A DNA stretch of 64,000 nucleotides from a virus (Duplodnaviria; Caudoviricetes): IMG/VR virus record IMGVR_UViG_3300046170_000302. The stretch is one strand, 5' to 3'. Under the pieces are notes generated by a model. That model saw only the letters and a list, made by a program, of their open reading frames with translations. It did not search any database and was not told the DNA's origin. The translations under genes and the position numbers were made by a program. Below, piece after piece: positions 36,758-47,000 of the stretch. How positions within the stretch are numbered: position 1 is the stretch's first letter; every line of letters starts with the position of its first letter.

Positions 36758-37454
36758 ATGGCTCTTGGTAGACCCTATATCACTAACAAATAATGTAGCA
36801 TCTAAGATCATCAGGCTTCTAGCTACCAACAACCAAACTGTCTTCACAGTTCCAGGTGGGTATCGTATTAACCAGATTGGTGTTTTCAGAAACGGTGTTA
36901 GATTATCTAATAATAGTGATTTCACAGCACTTGATGGTTCAACTGTAACTCTTGTCAATGCTGCACAAACAAATGATGAAGTCCTGTTTGAAATTCAGGA
37001 TGATTTTAGAGTAGCTGATGCTATTGTATCAGCAGCTTCCACACAAACAATCAGTGGTGACTTAACTGTTACTGGAACTGTTTATGGTGCTATTGTTGGA
37101 GTTAACTCTGGTGGTATTGCAATTGGTGAAGCTAAAACACTAAACTTCATTGGTAGTGGTAACACCTTCGCACAGAACGGTGATACTATTGATATCTCCA
37201 TCTCTGGTGGTAGTGGAGGAGGTGGTCTAGGAACCGCCATCAACTACAGTGATGAAACACCCACACCATTCAGTTACATTGACTCACATGTAACTGTAAC
37301 TAGTAACCTACTGATTGATACAGAGAACGCTGGATTAACCACATCCTATGTTGTATCAGTTGTTCCAAATGTTGAAGTTGCTTCTGGTGTTGCACTTACC
37401 GTTGGAACTGGTAAGACTATGATTATTGATATCCTACAGATCGGAGACCTCTGA
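36758..37454 (+). CDS. Short fibre protein; true start likely ATG 36758 with a +1 frameshift at ~36774
   Basis: MALGRP-ISLTNN on removing one base; VFRNGVRL...DFTA domain like 24120. Confidence 0.6.
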
Positions 37455-37759
37455 TGTCAAAAATAATTACAAATAATATCACTCCCCGTAGTGGTAGTAG
37501 TGTAGGACTTACTGGTGACTTAGTAGCCAGTGGAAGTATTACTGGAACTACAGGAACTTTTAGTGGTTCTGTATCAGTTGGTGGCACCATCACCTATGAA
37601 GATGTAACTAACGTCGATTCAGTCGGTATCATTACTGCTCGTAGTGGTATTGTTGTTACAGGTGTTGTTACCGCTACTAGTTTTGCTGGTGATGGATCAG
37701 CACTTACAGGTGTTGAGAGTTGGAATCAATTTGACACCTGGCTATATGGTGGCGGTTAA
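37454..37759 (+). CDS. Fibre stub
   Basis: MSKIITNNITPRSG; YEDVTNVDSVG; TATSFAGDGSALTG; ends FDTWLYGGG. Confidence 0.65.
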   Translation: MSKIITNNITPRSGSSVGLTGDLVASGSITGTTGTFSGSVSVGGTITYEDVTNVDSVGIITARSGIVVTGVVTATSFAGDGSALTGVESWNQFDTWLYGGG

Positions 37760-37764
37760 TCTTA

Positions 37765-37779
37765 CTAAATAACTAAAAA
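37765..37779 (+). promoter_or_regulatory. T4-type late promoter (extended form)
   Basis: CTAAATAACTAAAAA before ATG 37788. Confidence 0.7.
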
Positions 37780-37787
37780 GAAAAGTC

Positions 37788-38150
37788 ATGGCACTGGAAA
37801 GGGGAAAACTTACTAATGTGGTACAGGTCGCAGCAGGTGCTACTGTTGCTATGATTACTTGTGCCTCTTCTAAGAAAGTTTATATTAAATCAATCATTTG
37901 TCATGCATCTGGAACTGGAATAGCAACTGCTACCGCCCAGGTTTATTTTGTTCCTAATGGTGGAAGTGTTTCTTCAACAAATAAAATCTTTGATGTTGAT
38001 GTGGTATCAGGAGAAACAGTATTAATCGAACCATCATATCCTCTTGTATTGGATACAACTGGTGATAGTCTGCGAGTTGGAACAGGAAATGTTACTGGAA
38101 TTGCAGCAACTCACGTAAACTTCATCATTACTGGCGATAAGGAGGCTTGA
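37788..38150 (+). CDS. Small fibre adaptor-like protein (class 2)
   Basis: 120 aa; similar to 25030..25434. Confidence 0.55.
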   Translation: MALERGKLTNVVQVAAGATVAMITCASSKKVYIKSIICHASGTGIATATAQVYFVPNGGSVSSTNKIFDVDVVSGETVLIEPSYPLVLDTTGDSLRVGTGNVTGIAATHVNFIITGDKEA

Positions 38151-38153
38151 TAC

Positions 38154-39242
38154 ATGGCACCATTTAAGTCATCACTTGCAAGAAGTGCAGGAAAACTCCT
38201 TGGTGTCTTTAGACAAGCAGATTTATCATTAAGAGGTGCTACTCAGATTAGTAGACGGATAGTACTACCTATGACTACTGCTAGTGGTGGAACTACATAT
38301 ACCATCGGAGATTATAAGTATCATATCTATCAACAACCACAGACTGGAGGAACTCTTAATGTTTCTACTGCTGGTGAAGCAGAGATACTTGTTTTATCTG
38401 GCGGTGGTTCTGGTGCTCCTGACCAAATGGGTGGAGGTGGTGGAGGAGCAATTGTTTTTACAAACAATCCTGTAGATTTAGAAGCAATTAATTATTCTAT
38501 CACCGTTGGTAGTGGCGGTGCATACTCACCATATCCTCAATATGGTGCAGGACAAAGAGGTCAAAATTCTGTATTTGGATCATCTCCACAAAATATCTAT
38601 CTAATTGCTTTAGGTGGTGGTGGAGCAAAGAACCCTGTTTCACTTCCTCAATCATACGCAGATAACGCTGGATGTGGTGGAGGGGGTGGTCCTGGTGTTA
38701 ATGGATTTCCAGCATCTCAACCTGGTCAATCACAGACAGCACCTACTCCAGTAGTTAGTCAGGGATTTCAGGGAGGAGCACACCCTGGAAATGCTGGTAC
38801 TAACACAAGCGGTTCTGGTGGTGGTGGCGGTGGTGCTGGTACGGTAGGAAGACATGGTGGTCCACCAGCTCCAGCACCAACTAGAGGAGTTGGTGGTGAT
38901 GGATACCAAGTTCCATCAGATTTCTTGCCTACAAGTGCTCCAGGTGCTATGGCAACCACTTTGGGTGGAATTCCTACTGGTAATGGTGCTTGGAGATATT
39001 TTGGTGGCGGTGGTGGAGGATCAGATAATAACAACAACGGTGGAACATCAAGAAACTTTGGTGCTCCCGGTGGATTAGGTAATCCTGGTGGAAGAGGAGC
39101 GCAAGACCCTGGACCAGGGGGAGTTGGAGGAAGTCCTGGAACTGCTCATAGGGCAGGTGGAGGTGGTGGTGGATCCACACATAGTGGTATTGGTGGTGCC
39201 GGTGGGTCTGGAATAGTTATGGTAAGATACAAGTATCAGTAG
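38154..39242 (+). CDS. Gly-rich adhesin-like protein (single domain)
   Basis: ASGG...YKYHIY...LVLSGGGSG...GSGIVMVRY; Pro-rich loops. Confidence 0.7.
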   Translation: MAPFKSSLARSAGKLLGVFRQADLSLRGATQISRRIVLPMTTASGGTTYTIGDYKYHIYQQPQTGGTLNVSTAGEAEILVLSGGGSGAPDQMGGGGGGAIVFTNNPVDLEAINYSITVGSGGAYSPYPQYGAGQRGQNSVFGSSPQNIYLIALGGGGAKNPVSLPQSYADNAGCGGGGGPGVNGFPASQPGQSQTAPTPVVSQGFQGGAHPGNAGTNTSGSGGGGGGAGTVGRHGGPPAPAPTRGVGGDGYQVPSDFLPTSAPGAMATTLGGIPTGNGAWRYFGGGGGGSDNNNNGGTSRNFGAPGGLGNPGGRGAQDPGPGGVGGSPGTAHRAGGGGGGSTHSGIGGAGGSGIVMVRYKYQ

Positions 39243-39897
39243 TAATATTTTTTTGAAGACCACTTCTAGTAAAATATAAACTATTAAATTTTGTCGGCAA
39301 ACAATTAAAGGAAAGAGAAAGTCTTCCCTCTTTGTTTGTTGGCAAATAACTGTGCTTTAAATAAGAAGGCCATAATAAAATAGTTCCATTAGATACTTCT
39401 GTTTGTATTTGTGTATTGTGAAATGCATATCCCAATTTGTTTTCTTCTTGTGATGGATTGTCAACCATGATATTTCCTGTTGAAGAAGAGTTTTCATAAG
39501 GACTATGGAAAACTAAAAAATCTTCACCAACGTCAATAAACAAAGTTCCAGATATGACAGAGTTGCAGTGATTGTGAACGTATTGCCAGGATCCTTTTTT
39601 AGCATAGTTAAACCATGCATCAGTTACTTCTAGATCTGTGATGTGATTCATCACATTTTTATATACAAAATTTGAATATTTTTTAATCTTTTCCTTCAAC
39701 CAGAGTAATCTACGATACTCATCAAAAACTTCTCTATAATGAATGAGAGATTGGCATTCATCATTAATATACTTGCCATTATACTCTTTTCCTCTTATAT
39801 TGGAAAAGAAAAAAGATTTTACTTTTTTATTTTCATCTTCAGTAATCTGCATAGATACTACAGGAACTGGAAAAAACGAGGCAACTTGGTGTTCCAT
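39217..39897 (-). CDS. Putative 2OG-Fe(II) oxygenase (TIGR02466-like); only credible minus-strand gene in the window
   Basis: AWFN...HNHCNSVISG...ILLWPSYLKHS...RLSLSFN. Confidence 0.8.
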   Translation of the reverse strand: MEHQVASFFPVPVVSMQITEDENKKVKSFFFSNIRGKEYNGKYINDECQSLIHYREVFDEYRRLLWLKEKIKKYSNFVYKNVMNHITDLEVTDAWFNYAKKGSWQYVHNHCNSVISGTLFIDVGEDFLVFHSPYENSSSTGNIMVDNPSQEENKLGYAFHNTQIQTEVSNGTILLWPSYLKHSYLPTNKEGRLSLSFNCLPTKFNSLYFTRSGLQKNITTDTCILP

Positions 39898-39924
39898 TCT
39901 TAAAATTATTTTCTATATTATATC

Positions 39925-40476
39925 ATGAACTTAAAAAATGATAAAGTTATATCTGTAAAGGAAAAACATAATATATTAATTTGTCAATATCCATTTTGGG
40001 AATCTCTTAATCCAAAACTTCACGTCCTTATAAAAAATTTTCCAGATGAATATCAAAAAAATACAAATGTAAAAGCAAAAATGACTCACTATTGTGTCAT
40101 AAATCAAGAATTTGAAAAAATTGGAAGATGGGTATATCAAAAATTACCATCTATTTGCCCTCAAGGTTTAAATACAACATCTAAATTTAAATTAATAGAT
40201 ATTTGGGGTGCTTTATATAATGAAAATGACTATGCGACTTCTCATCAACATAGACCTTTAGCGTACTCATTTGTTTATTTTGTCAATACTCCAAAGAATT
40301 CTTCTCCTTTAGTATTTAACTCATCAAATACTAAAATAAATCCAGAATCAGGAAAATGTGTTATTTTTCCTTCTTGGTTAGTTCATAGTGTTCCAAAAAA
40401 TAAATCTAAAGAAAGAAGTGTGATAGCAGGAAATTTTGCATGGATGTCAGAAGATACCCCATATAGATTTAATTGA
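39925..40476 (+). CDS. Putative 2OG-Fe(II) oxygenase (TIGR02466-like)
   Basis: WGALY...HQHRP...SFVYFV...VIFPSWLVHSV...RSVIAGN. Confidence 0.8.
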   Translation: MNLKNDKVISVKEKHNILICQYPFWESLNPKLHVLIKNFPDEYQKNTNVKAKMTHYCVINQEFEKIGRWVYQKLPSICPQGLNTTSKFKLIDIWGALYNENDYATSHQHRPLAYSFVYFVNTPKNSSPLVFNSSNTKINPESGKCVIFPSWLVHSVPKNKSKERSVIAGNFAWMSEDTPYRFN

Positions 40477-40501
40477 CATCCCAATAAAACTGATATATAG
40501 T
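40473..40501 (+). promoter_or_regulatory. Sigma70-type promoter
   Basis: TTGACA (40473-78), 17 nt, TATAGT (40496-501). Confidence 0.75.
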
Positions 40502-40524
40502 ACAACTGAATACATTATAGGTAT

Positions 40525-40578
40525 ATGGCATTCCAAAGCGTTTGGTATTGCATATTTAAGTCCAGCATAAATAACTAA
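40525..40578 (+). pseudogene. Relic 5' end of an oxygenase gene (paralog of 49128)
   Basis: MAFQSVWY matches MAYQSIWY at 49128; upstream DNA 32/33 identical; only 17 codons before the stop. Confidence 0.7.
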
Positions 40579-40581
40579 AAA
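40567..40581 (+). promoter_or_regulatory. T4-type late promoter (extended form)
   Basis: ATAAATAACTAAAAA before ATG 40588. Confidence 0.75.
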
Positions 40582-40587
40582 CACATT

Positions 40588-40806
40588 ATGTCTAGAATAC
40601 AAGTAGACAACATTTTTGATAAAGAAGGAGCAGGAGCTCCTACCTTTCCTGCTGGTGTAGTAGTAACAGGTGTTTCTACTGCTACTACATTTGACGGTAA
40701 TGCAACAACTGCTAGTGCTGCTAAATCTGGTAGTTCATTAGAAACATCAATCAACGGCAAAACATCACCAGGTAAGGCTATTGCTTTGTCTATGGTGTTC
40801 GGCTGA
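40588..40806 (+). CDS. Minimal fibre stub (72 aa)
   Basis: MSRIQVDNI N-terminus, TATTFDG, C-terminus GKAIALSMVFG. Confidence 0.6.
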   Translation: MSRIQVDNIFDKEGAGAPTFPAGVVVTGVSTATTFDGNATTASAAKSGSSLETSINGKTSPGKAIALSMVFG

Positions 40807-40834
40807 TAAATAGACAAAAGAGGTATTGTAGGTA

Positions 40835-41236
40835 ATGGCTGCTCCAAATATAGTAAACGTTACAACTATCACAGGGGTAACCACTTTTCATGCTGGTATC
40901 GCTGTAACCACTGGAGGAAGAGGTTCTCTAGGTATCACGACTGTGGTGTCAAATGCCGCATCAAGTGGTAAGGTATTAAAGATTAATTCACTGGTTGCAG
41001 CAGGTATAGCAGCAACCACTGGAGTTACTCTTCAGTATTTTAACAATATTAATCATGTATCTGCGAGTAGTACAGTATCAATTGGTATGACATTATCAGT
41101 ACCAACATTCTCCACACTTGCACTCATTACCAAAGACAACTCAGTGTATCTGGAAGAAAATACTTCACTTGGTATTTTTGCACAACCAGCAACAGGAACT
41201 ATTGACGTAGTTTGTTCATACGAAGAAATTAGTTAA
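40835..41236 (+). CDS. Small fibre adaptor-like protein (class 1)
   Basis: 133 aa MAAPNIVNV...YLEEN.SL...IDVVCSYEEIS; ATAAATA at 40806. Confidence 0.55.
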   Translation: MAAPNIVNVTTITGVTTFHAGIAVTTGGRGSLGITTVVSNAASSGKVLKINSLVAAGIAATTGVTLQYFNNINHVSASSTVSIGMTLSVPTFSTLALITKDNSVYLEENTSLGIFAQPATGTIDVVCSYEEIS

Positions 41237-41248
41237 GGAGGATAAACC

Positions 41249-43294
41249 ATGGGATATCTAGGCAGACGCATAGGTTTATCACAAGACAACGGAGATTCTA
41301 ATCCAGGAGCATCAGGTGGTGCTGTTGGTGGTGGAATATTAGATTTATTTGCACATGGATATTTTGAGAGACAAGGAGATCTTTACAATGCTCCTGGTTC
41401 TTCAGCACTAGTAGGTTTAACAGCAACTGGTGGTGCGATTAGTGATTATATTTCTGGTACTGATGTTTACAGAGCACATGTCTTTACTTCATCAGGAACT
41501 TTTGATGTAAGTGCTTTAACAGATAATGTTCCAAGTGGGAATAGTGTTGAGTATCTTGTAGTTGCTGGCGGAGGTGGTGGTGGTGGATCATTTGGTGGTG
41601 CCGGAGGTGCTGGTGGTTTAAGAACTAATTTAACAGGTCATCCATTAACTGGTGCAGCATTTCCAGTATCAGTATCTTCATATACGGTAACTGTTGGAGC
41701 TGGTGGTGCTGGTAACCCAGATCGTAGTAGAGGAGCAAAAGGAGTCGATTCAGTTTTTGGATCTATAACATCAACTGGTGGTGGTTTTGGTGGAGGAAAC
41801 GACAGTGGTGTACACCCAGCAGGACCTGGTGGTTCTGGTGGTTCTGGTGGTTTATCTGGTGGAGCAGGAACACCAGGAAATGGAAATGATCCACCAGTTT
41901 CTCCGCCACAAGGAAATAACGGCGGTACATCAATTGATGCTGGTACATATGCTGGAAACTGCACTGGTGGTGGCGGTGGTGCTGGAGCAGTAGGCACAAA
42001 TGCTTCTTCCCCAGGAGTTGGAGGAGCAGGTGGTGCTGGTGTTCAGGTTGCAATTGCAGGACCAGCTGCTGATACAACTGGTGTTGGAGCAATAAACCCA
42101 GGACCAGGACAATATCAATGGTTTGCAGGTGGTGGCGGTGGTCACAGTGGAGAAGTATCAGGACGAACTAGATCTTCTGGTGGTGTAGGTGGCGGAGGAC
42201 AAGGTGGAATCAGTAATGGTGCTGTCCTAGGACCCAGAGTTGGATTACCTGCACAATATGCTACAGGTGGTGGCGGTGGTGCTTCTGGTGGTGGTAATCC
42301 TAGTCCTGGTGGTTCTGGTGGTTCCGGTATTGTAGTTGTAAGGTATAAAATAGCATCAGTAGCAACTACAAAAGCAACTGGTGGTGCTATTAGTTTCTAT
42401 AGTAATAAGACTATTCATGCCTTTAGAAGTTCTGGTACTTTTACCGCCCCAGGCACTTTTGATGAAACAGTAGAGTATGTTGTAGTTGGTGGTGGTGGCG
42501 GAGGTGGTGGTACTGCCCCCGGACCCAACACTGCTCATGGTGGCGGTGGTGGTGGCGCAGGTGCATATAGAACAGCTTCTATTCCTCTTGCGGGTCCATT
42601 TACTGCTCCAGTTACTGTTGGTTCATCTGGGTCTGGTGGAGTTGGGTCAAACAATGGCGCAGACGGTGGAACAACTACTTTTGCAGCACCAACGTCAATC
42701 GTGTCCCCTGGTGGTGGTGGCGGTGGTTATGGACAACCTGGTGCAAATGTTAATGGAACATCATCTCCTGGTGGATCTGGTGGTGGTGCTACAAGAATAA
42801 TTGGTTCTGCTCCTGGTTCAGGATCTTATGGTAATCCTGGTGGTTACCGAACACCAGCTGTTAATGACCAGGGTGCTGGTGGTGGCGGTGGTGCTGGTGG
42901 TGCTGGTGGCAACTATGGTGGTCCTGCACCTTATCACACAGGATATGGTGGACTTGGTGTCCGACTCCCCGCAACATTTCAATTTGATGGTAATTTAGGA
43001 TACCCTGGACCGGGAAGCACTCATTCTTGGGTTGCTGGCGGTGGCGGTGGCGGTGCTGGCGACAATGCCAATGGTCCTGTAACTAATGCATCAGGTGGTC
43101 CGGGTGGTGCAGGTAGTTCGAGTGCAGGTCCGTTCGCAGGTGCTGGTGCCGGAGGAAGTCATATAAACAATGGAGGATCAAACGCTGAAGTTAATTCTGG
43201 ATCTGGTGGTGGAGGAGATGGTCCTGGTCCCGCATCTCCCAAGACAGGTTCTAATGGTGGTTCCGGTATTGTCCTCATTGCATATCCTACCTAA
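41249..43294 (+). CDS. Gly-rich adhesin-like protein with two tandem Gly-rich domains
   Basis: Same motifs as 25437 and 27377; ends GSGIVLIAYPT; N-terminal GYLGR. Confidence 0.7.
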   Translation: MGYLGRRIGLSQDNGDSNPGASGGAVGGGILDLFAHGYFERQGDLYNAPGSSALVGLTATGGAISDYISGTDVYRAHVFTSSGTFDVSALTDNVPSGNSVEYLVVAGGGGGGGSFGGAGGAGGLRTNLTGHPLTGAAFPVSVSSYTVTVGAGGAGNPDRSRGAKGVDSVFGSITSTGGGFGGGNDSGVHPAGPGGSGGSGGLSGGAGTPGNGNDPPVSPPQGNNGGTSIDAGTYAGNCTGGGGGAGAVGTNASSPGVGGAGGAGVQVAIAGPAADTTGVGAINPGPGQYQWFAGGGGGHSGEVSGRTRSSGGVGGGGQGGISNGAVLGPRVGLPAQYATGGGGGASGGGNPSPGGSGGSGIVVVRYKIASVATTKATGGAISFYSNKTIHAFRSSGTFTAPGTFDETVEYVVVGGGGGGGGTAPGPNTAHGGGGGGAGAYRTASIPLAGPFTAPVTVGSSGSGGVGSNNGADGGTTTFAAPTSIVSPGGGGGGYGQPGANVNGTSSPGGSGGGATRIIGSAPGSGSYGNPGGYRTPAVNDQGAGGGGGAGGAGGNYGGPAPYHTGYGGLGVRLPATFQFDGNLGYPGPGSTHSWVAGGGGGGAGDNANGPVTNASGGPGGAGSSSAGPFAGAGAGGSHINNGGSNAEVNSGSGGGGDGPGPASPKTGSNGGSGIVLIAYPT

Positions 43295-43305
43295 ATAACT
43301 AAAAA
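43291..43305 (+). promoter_or_regulatory. T4-type late promoter (extended form)
   Basis: CTAAATAACTAAAAA overlapping the stop codon; ATG at 43315. Confidence 0.7.
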
Positions 43306-43314
43306 GTAGATAAG

Positions 43315-44042
43315 ATGTCACAGCTCTACGTTAACAATATTAAGAGTCGAGTGGGTGGAGCTGTTAGTTTCACTCAGGGCATCATTAGTGCTGGAGCAAC
43401 CTTCAGTGGGAAATGTATCGGTTGGTGGGAACACTGACCGTATGAGATGTAACCAATATTGACTCAGTTGGTGTTGTAACTGCTAGAACAGGAATTAAAG
43501 TTCTCGCAGGTGGTATTAATGCAGTTGGTGTTGTAACTGCTACTAGTTTTTCAGGTGATGGATCAAGTCTTTCTGGTGTTGTTTCTGGTATTGAAGTTAA
43601 ATCTGGCGGATCATCAGTAGGTACATCACTTACAGCAATTAATTTCTCTGGTGCTACAGCTAGTACTGGGTCTGCTGGAATTACAACGATTACTATTGCT
43701 GCTGCAGGTATCAACACAACAGCATCATCACCATCAGCAAATACAGTTGTTACACTAAATTTAAGCACAGCACAACATCATGACCTGACACTAACAGCAG
43801 GTATTACAACAATTACTTGTAGTGGTGGTAGTTTTGGTGATTCGCACTCAGTTGTGATAAGTCAACCATCATCAGGTATTGCTACTGTTGGGTTTAGCAC
43901 ATTCTTCTTATTCCCATCAGGGTCAACACCAAGTATGTCAACAGGAAGTGGTAAGGTAGATTTAGTTTCATTTGTAGTGAAACGAGTAGGCGCAGGAGGG
44001 ACACAGTTACTAGCATCTGCTGGTCTCAACTACAGCAACTGA
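43315..44042 (+). CDS. Fibre stub with socket-type C-terminal domain; local frameshifts at ~43410-43445
   Basis: MSQLYVNNIKSR start; ...DVTNIDSVG...; C-terminus closely resembles that of 30012 (FLFPSGS.PS...SF.V.RVGA.GTQLLA). Confidence 0.65.
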
Positions 44043-44055
44043 GGAGGATAGATAA

Positions 44056-47000
44056 ATGGGAGTATTAATTCCGAGTTTACAGTCAGGACTTCTTAATCAG
44101 TCTAGTGCTCAAATAGTTGATGGTAGTTTGAAGTTTAATGAAACATCAGGTAGTTATCTAACTAGAACTCCAAGCTCTAATGGAAATAGAAAAACTTGGA
44201 CTTGGAGTTGCTGGTGTAAGATTGCAAAACTTCCAGTAAGTGGAACAAATGGTGATAGAACTTTGTTTTCCGCAGTTGATACTTCAAATGGTGGTGATGA
44301 CGATGCTATAAGATTTATTAGATCTGGAATAACTGGAGGGCAGAGTTTATATTGGAGTTCCTCTGAGTATAATGTAGGGGATGAAGAAGCAATATACACA
44401 AATGCGGTTCTACGCGATCCTAATGCGTTTTATCATGTAGTTCTTATAAAAGATACAACACAATCAAGTTTGGCTAATGGTCAAATGAGAATGTATATTA
44501 ATGGAGTAGAACAATCATTAGTTGAATCAAATGCTATTTCGCAAAATGCAGAAAGAGCTATAAATTCACAAATCCCACATGCCATTGGTGATCATTATGG
44601 TCAAGATAGACCATGGGATGGAATGATGACTCAGGTCTATCTAATAGACGGATTATCACTTGGTCCTGGATATTTTGGATTCACTGATCCACTCACAAAT
44701 ACTTGGAGACCTAAAAAGTTTAAAGCAGAGGGAACGACTTTAAATGATGGTACTGTTTGGAGTTCTAAGGTAACAGGAGCAAATAATCCAGCAAATGCAT
44801 TTGATGGAAGTCTATCCTCAAATATGGATAATAATGGTTCTGCTGGAACACCTATTGTTCTAACGGCATCTTTCACAAATGTAACCTCATTTAGATACTA
44901 TACAAGTAATAGCAGTGCTCATGATGTTTCATTTAGTGGAGGAAGTGTAACAACTGATGCGGCATCATCTGGCTGGAGAACTGTTTCTGCACCTTCATCA
45001 ATAACTTCAATATCATGGATTCATTCAAATGAACCGGCTGCGTATGTTGTAATAGAGGCAATTGAAATTAATGGAGAAATTTTAAGAGATAGCACTACAA
45101 CAAACCTTGCCTTTGGAACAAATGGTTTCTACCTCCCAATGGATGGAAACTCACCAATTGGAGAAGATAAATCTGGTAGAGGAAACAACTGGACACCATC
45201 AGGATTTGGTGGTTCTTTAGAACTTGGTAATCCAAATGTATCTGGTGCAAAACCAATCCTGAATACTGATGGTGGTGGTAATGTTGCAAGACCTGGTGTA
45301 TTTGGTAGTGAAGTAGGAGCATATTATGCAGTTACTGTTGCATCGGTAGGTGGTGGAAACAGATATCACTTTGATGGAGTAGATAGACCTAATCCCACAC
45401 TAATTCGTGGTGCAACATATACCTTCGACCAATCAGATAGTTCTAACTCTGGTCATCCACTCAGATTTGCCACAGCTGCTGATGCTGCTGGAAGTTCACA
45501 ATATACTGATGGTGTTGTAACAAATGGAACACCTGGTTCTGCTGGTGCATATACCAAGATTACAGTTCCACATAATGCACCAAATACCTTACATTATTAT
45601 TGCACAAATCACGGTGGTATGGGAAGCTCTACTTCTCAAACCACTGATGAAACCAAAGCAGACCCTTATGCCTGGAAGAATACTCTTGCACTTCCATTAG
45701 TTGGTAGTGCTAATGATGTAAGTAATTCTGTTAATAGTGGAAGCACGACAAAGACAATTACTGTTTCTGGTCCGGTTGCCTCAACTGTTCAAAGTAACTT
45801 TTATAGTGGTAGTTTTGTATTTGATGGTTCTAATGATAGAATAATTACTGCAACTGATGCATCTCTGGAATTTGATGGAGATTTTACTTTCGAAGCATGG
45901 GCTAATAGAACTGCAACTGGAAGAGAGTGTTTATTTGCACAATGGCTTAACTCTTCAAGTGCTAATAGGTGGAGACTTGAATTGGATAAAACCAGCGGTA
46001 AGGTTACTTTTGTTGATGGAGAGAGCAATGAACAATCATTTACTTATACAAGCGGTGTAGGAACATGGAATCACTGGGCTATCACCCGTAGTGGTAATAC
46101 TGCATATATTTTTGAAAATGGAAATCAGATTGGGACATGGACCAGTACTACAAATCTTGGAAACGGAGGAGATTTTACTGTAGGAAATACTGAAGATGGA
46201 GGGCTTTGGTGGCAGGGATATATACAGGATGTAAGAGCTTATAAAGGAGTAGCAAAATACACCAGTAACTTTGTAGTTCCCGCAACCTCCCCAGACGTTC
46301 TTCCAGACACCCCATCAGGTGTGAGTGGTAGTTCTAAACTTACTAAAGTCATTGATGGTGCTGTGCATTTTGATGGAACTGGTGACTATTTGAGTCTTGC
46401 TGATAGTGATGATATTGACTTGACTGGAAGTATTAGTTTTACAGTTGAGGCATTTATCTACAAAAAGGATAGTGCAGAGGATCAAATTTTTGAATTTAGA
46501 GGTGGAGGATCTACAGGATGGACTTTATATACCACAACAAGTAATACTCTTCAGATATATGACTCTGTTGCAAATACTCAAGTTGGAACATCAACGGGAA
46601 AGATCATTCCAAACGCATGGAATCATATTGCTCTGACCAAGAATGGTAGTGGATCTAACAATTGTGACTTTTGGATTAATGGAGTAAATTCTGGAACATT
46701 TAGTTTAGCTTCCTTTGCAACAACAGATAGTACTGGACTTCGTATTGGTGCATCTAAAGATACTTCGGCATTCTTTACTGGGTTTATGAGTAATGTTCGT
46801 ATCCTCAAAGGAACCGCACTTTATACCTCAAACTTCACACCATCAACAACACCACTCACTAATGTAACCAACACAAAACTCCTGTGTTGCCAGTCTAATA
46901 CTTCTGCTAATTTAACAGGAGTATCACCAGCAACTTTCAGTAATGATGGAAGAACATATAGTTCAGGTGTAACATTCTCTCCAGGAGTATTGAGTTCAAC

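Noticed and set aside
25437-43294. Collagen-like repeats or microsatellites
   Set aside because: Gly occurs in runs (GGT/GGA/GGC mixes), not in Gly-X-Y periodicity; these are coding low-complexity tracts.
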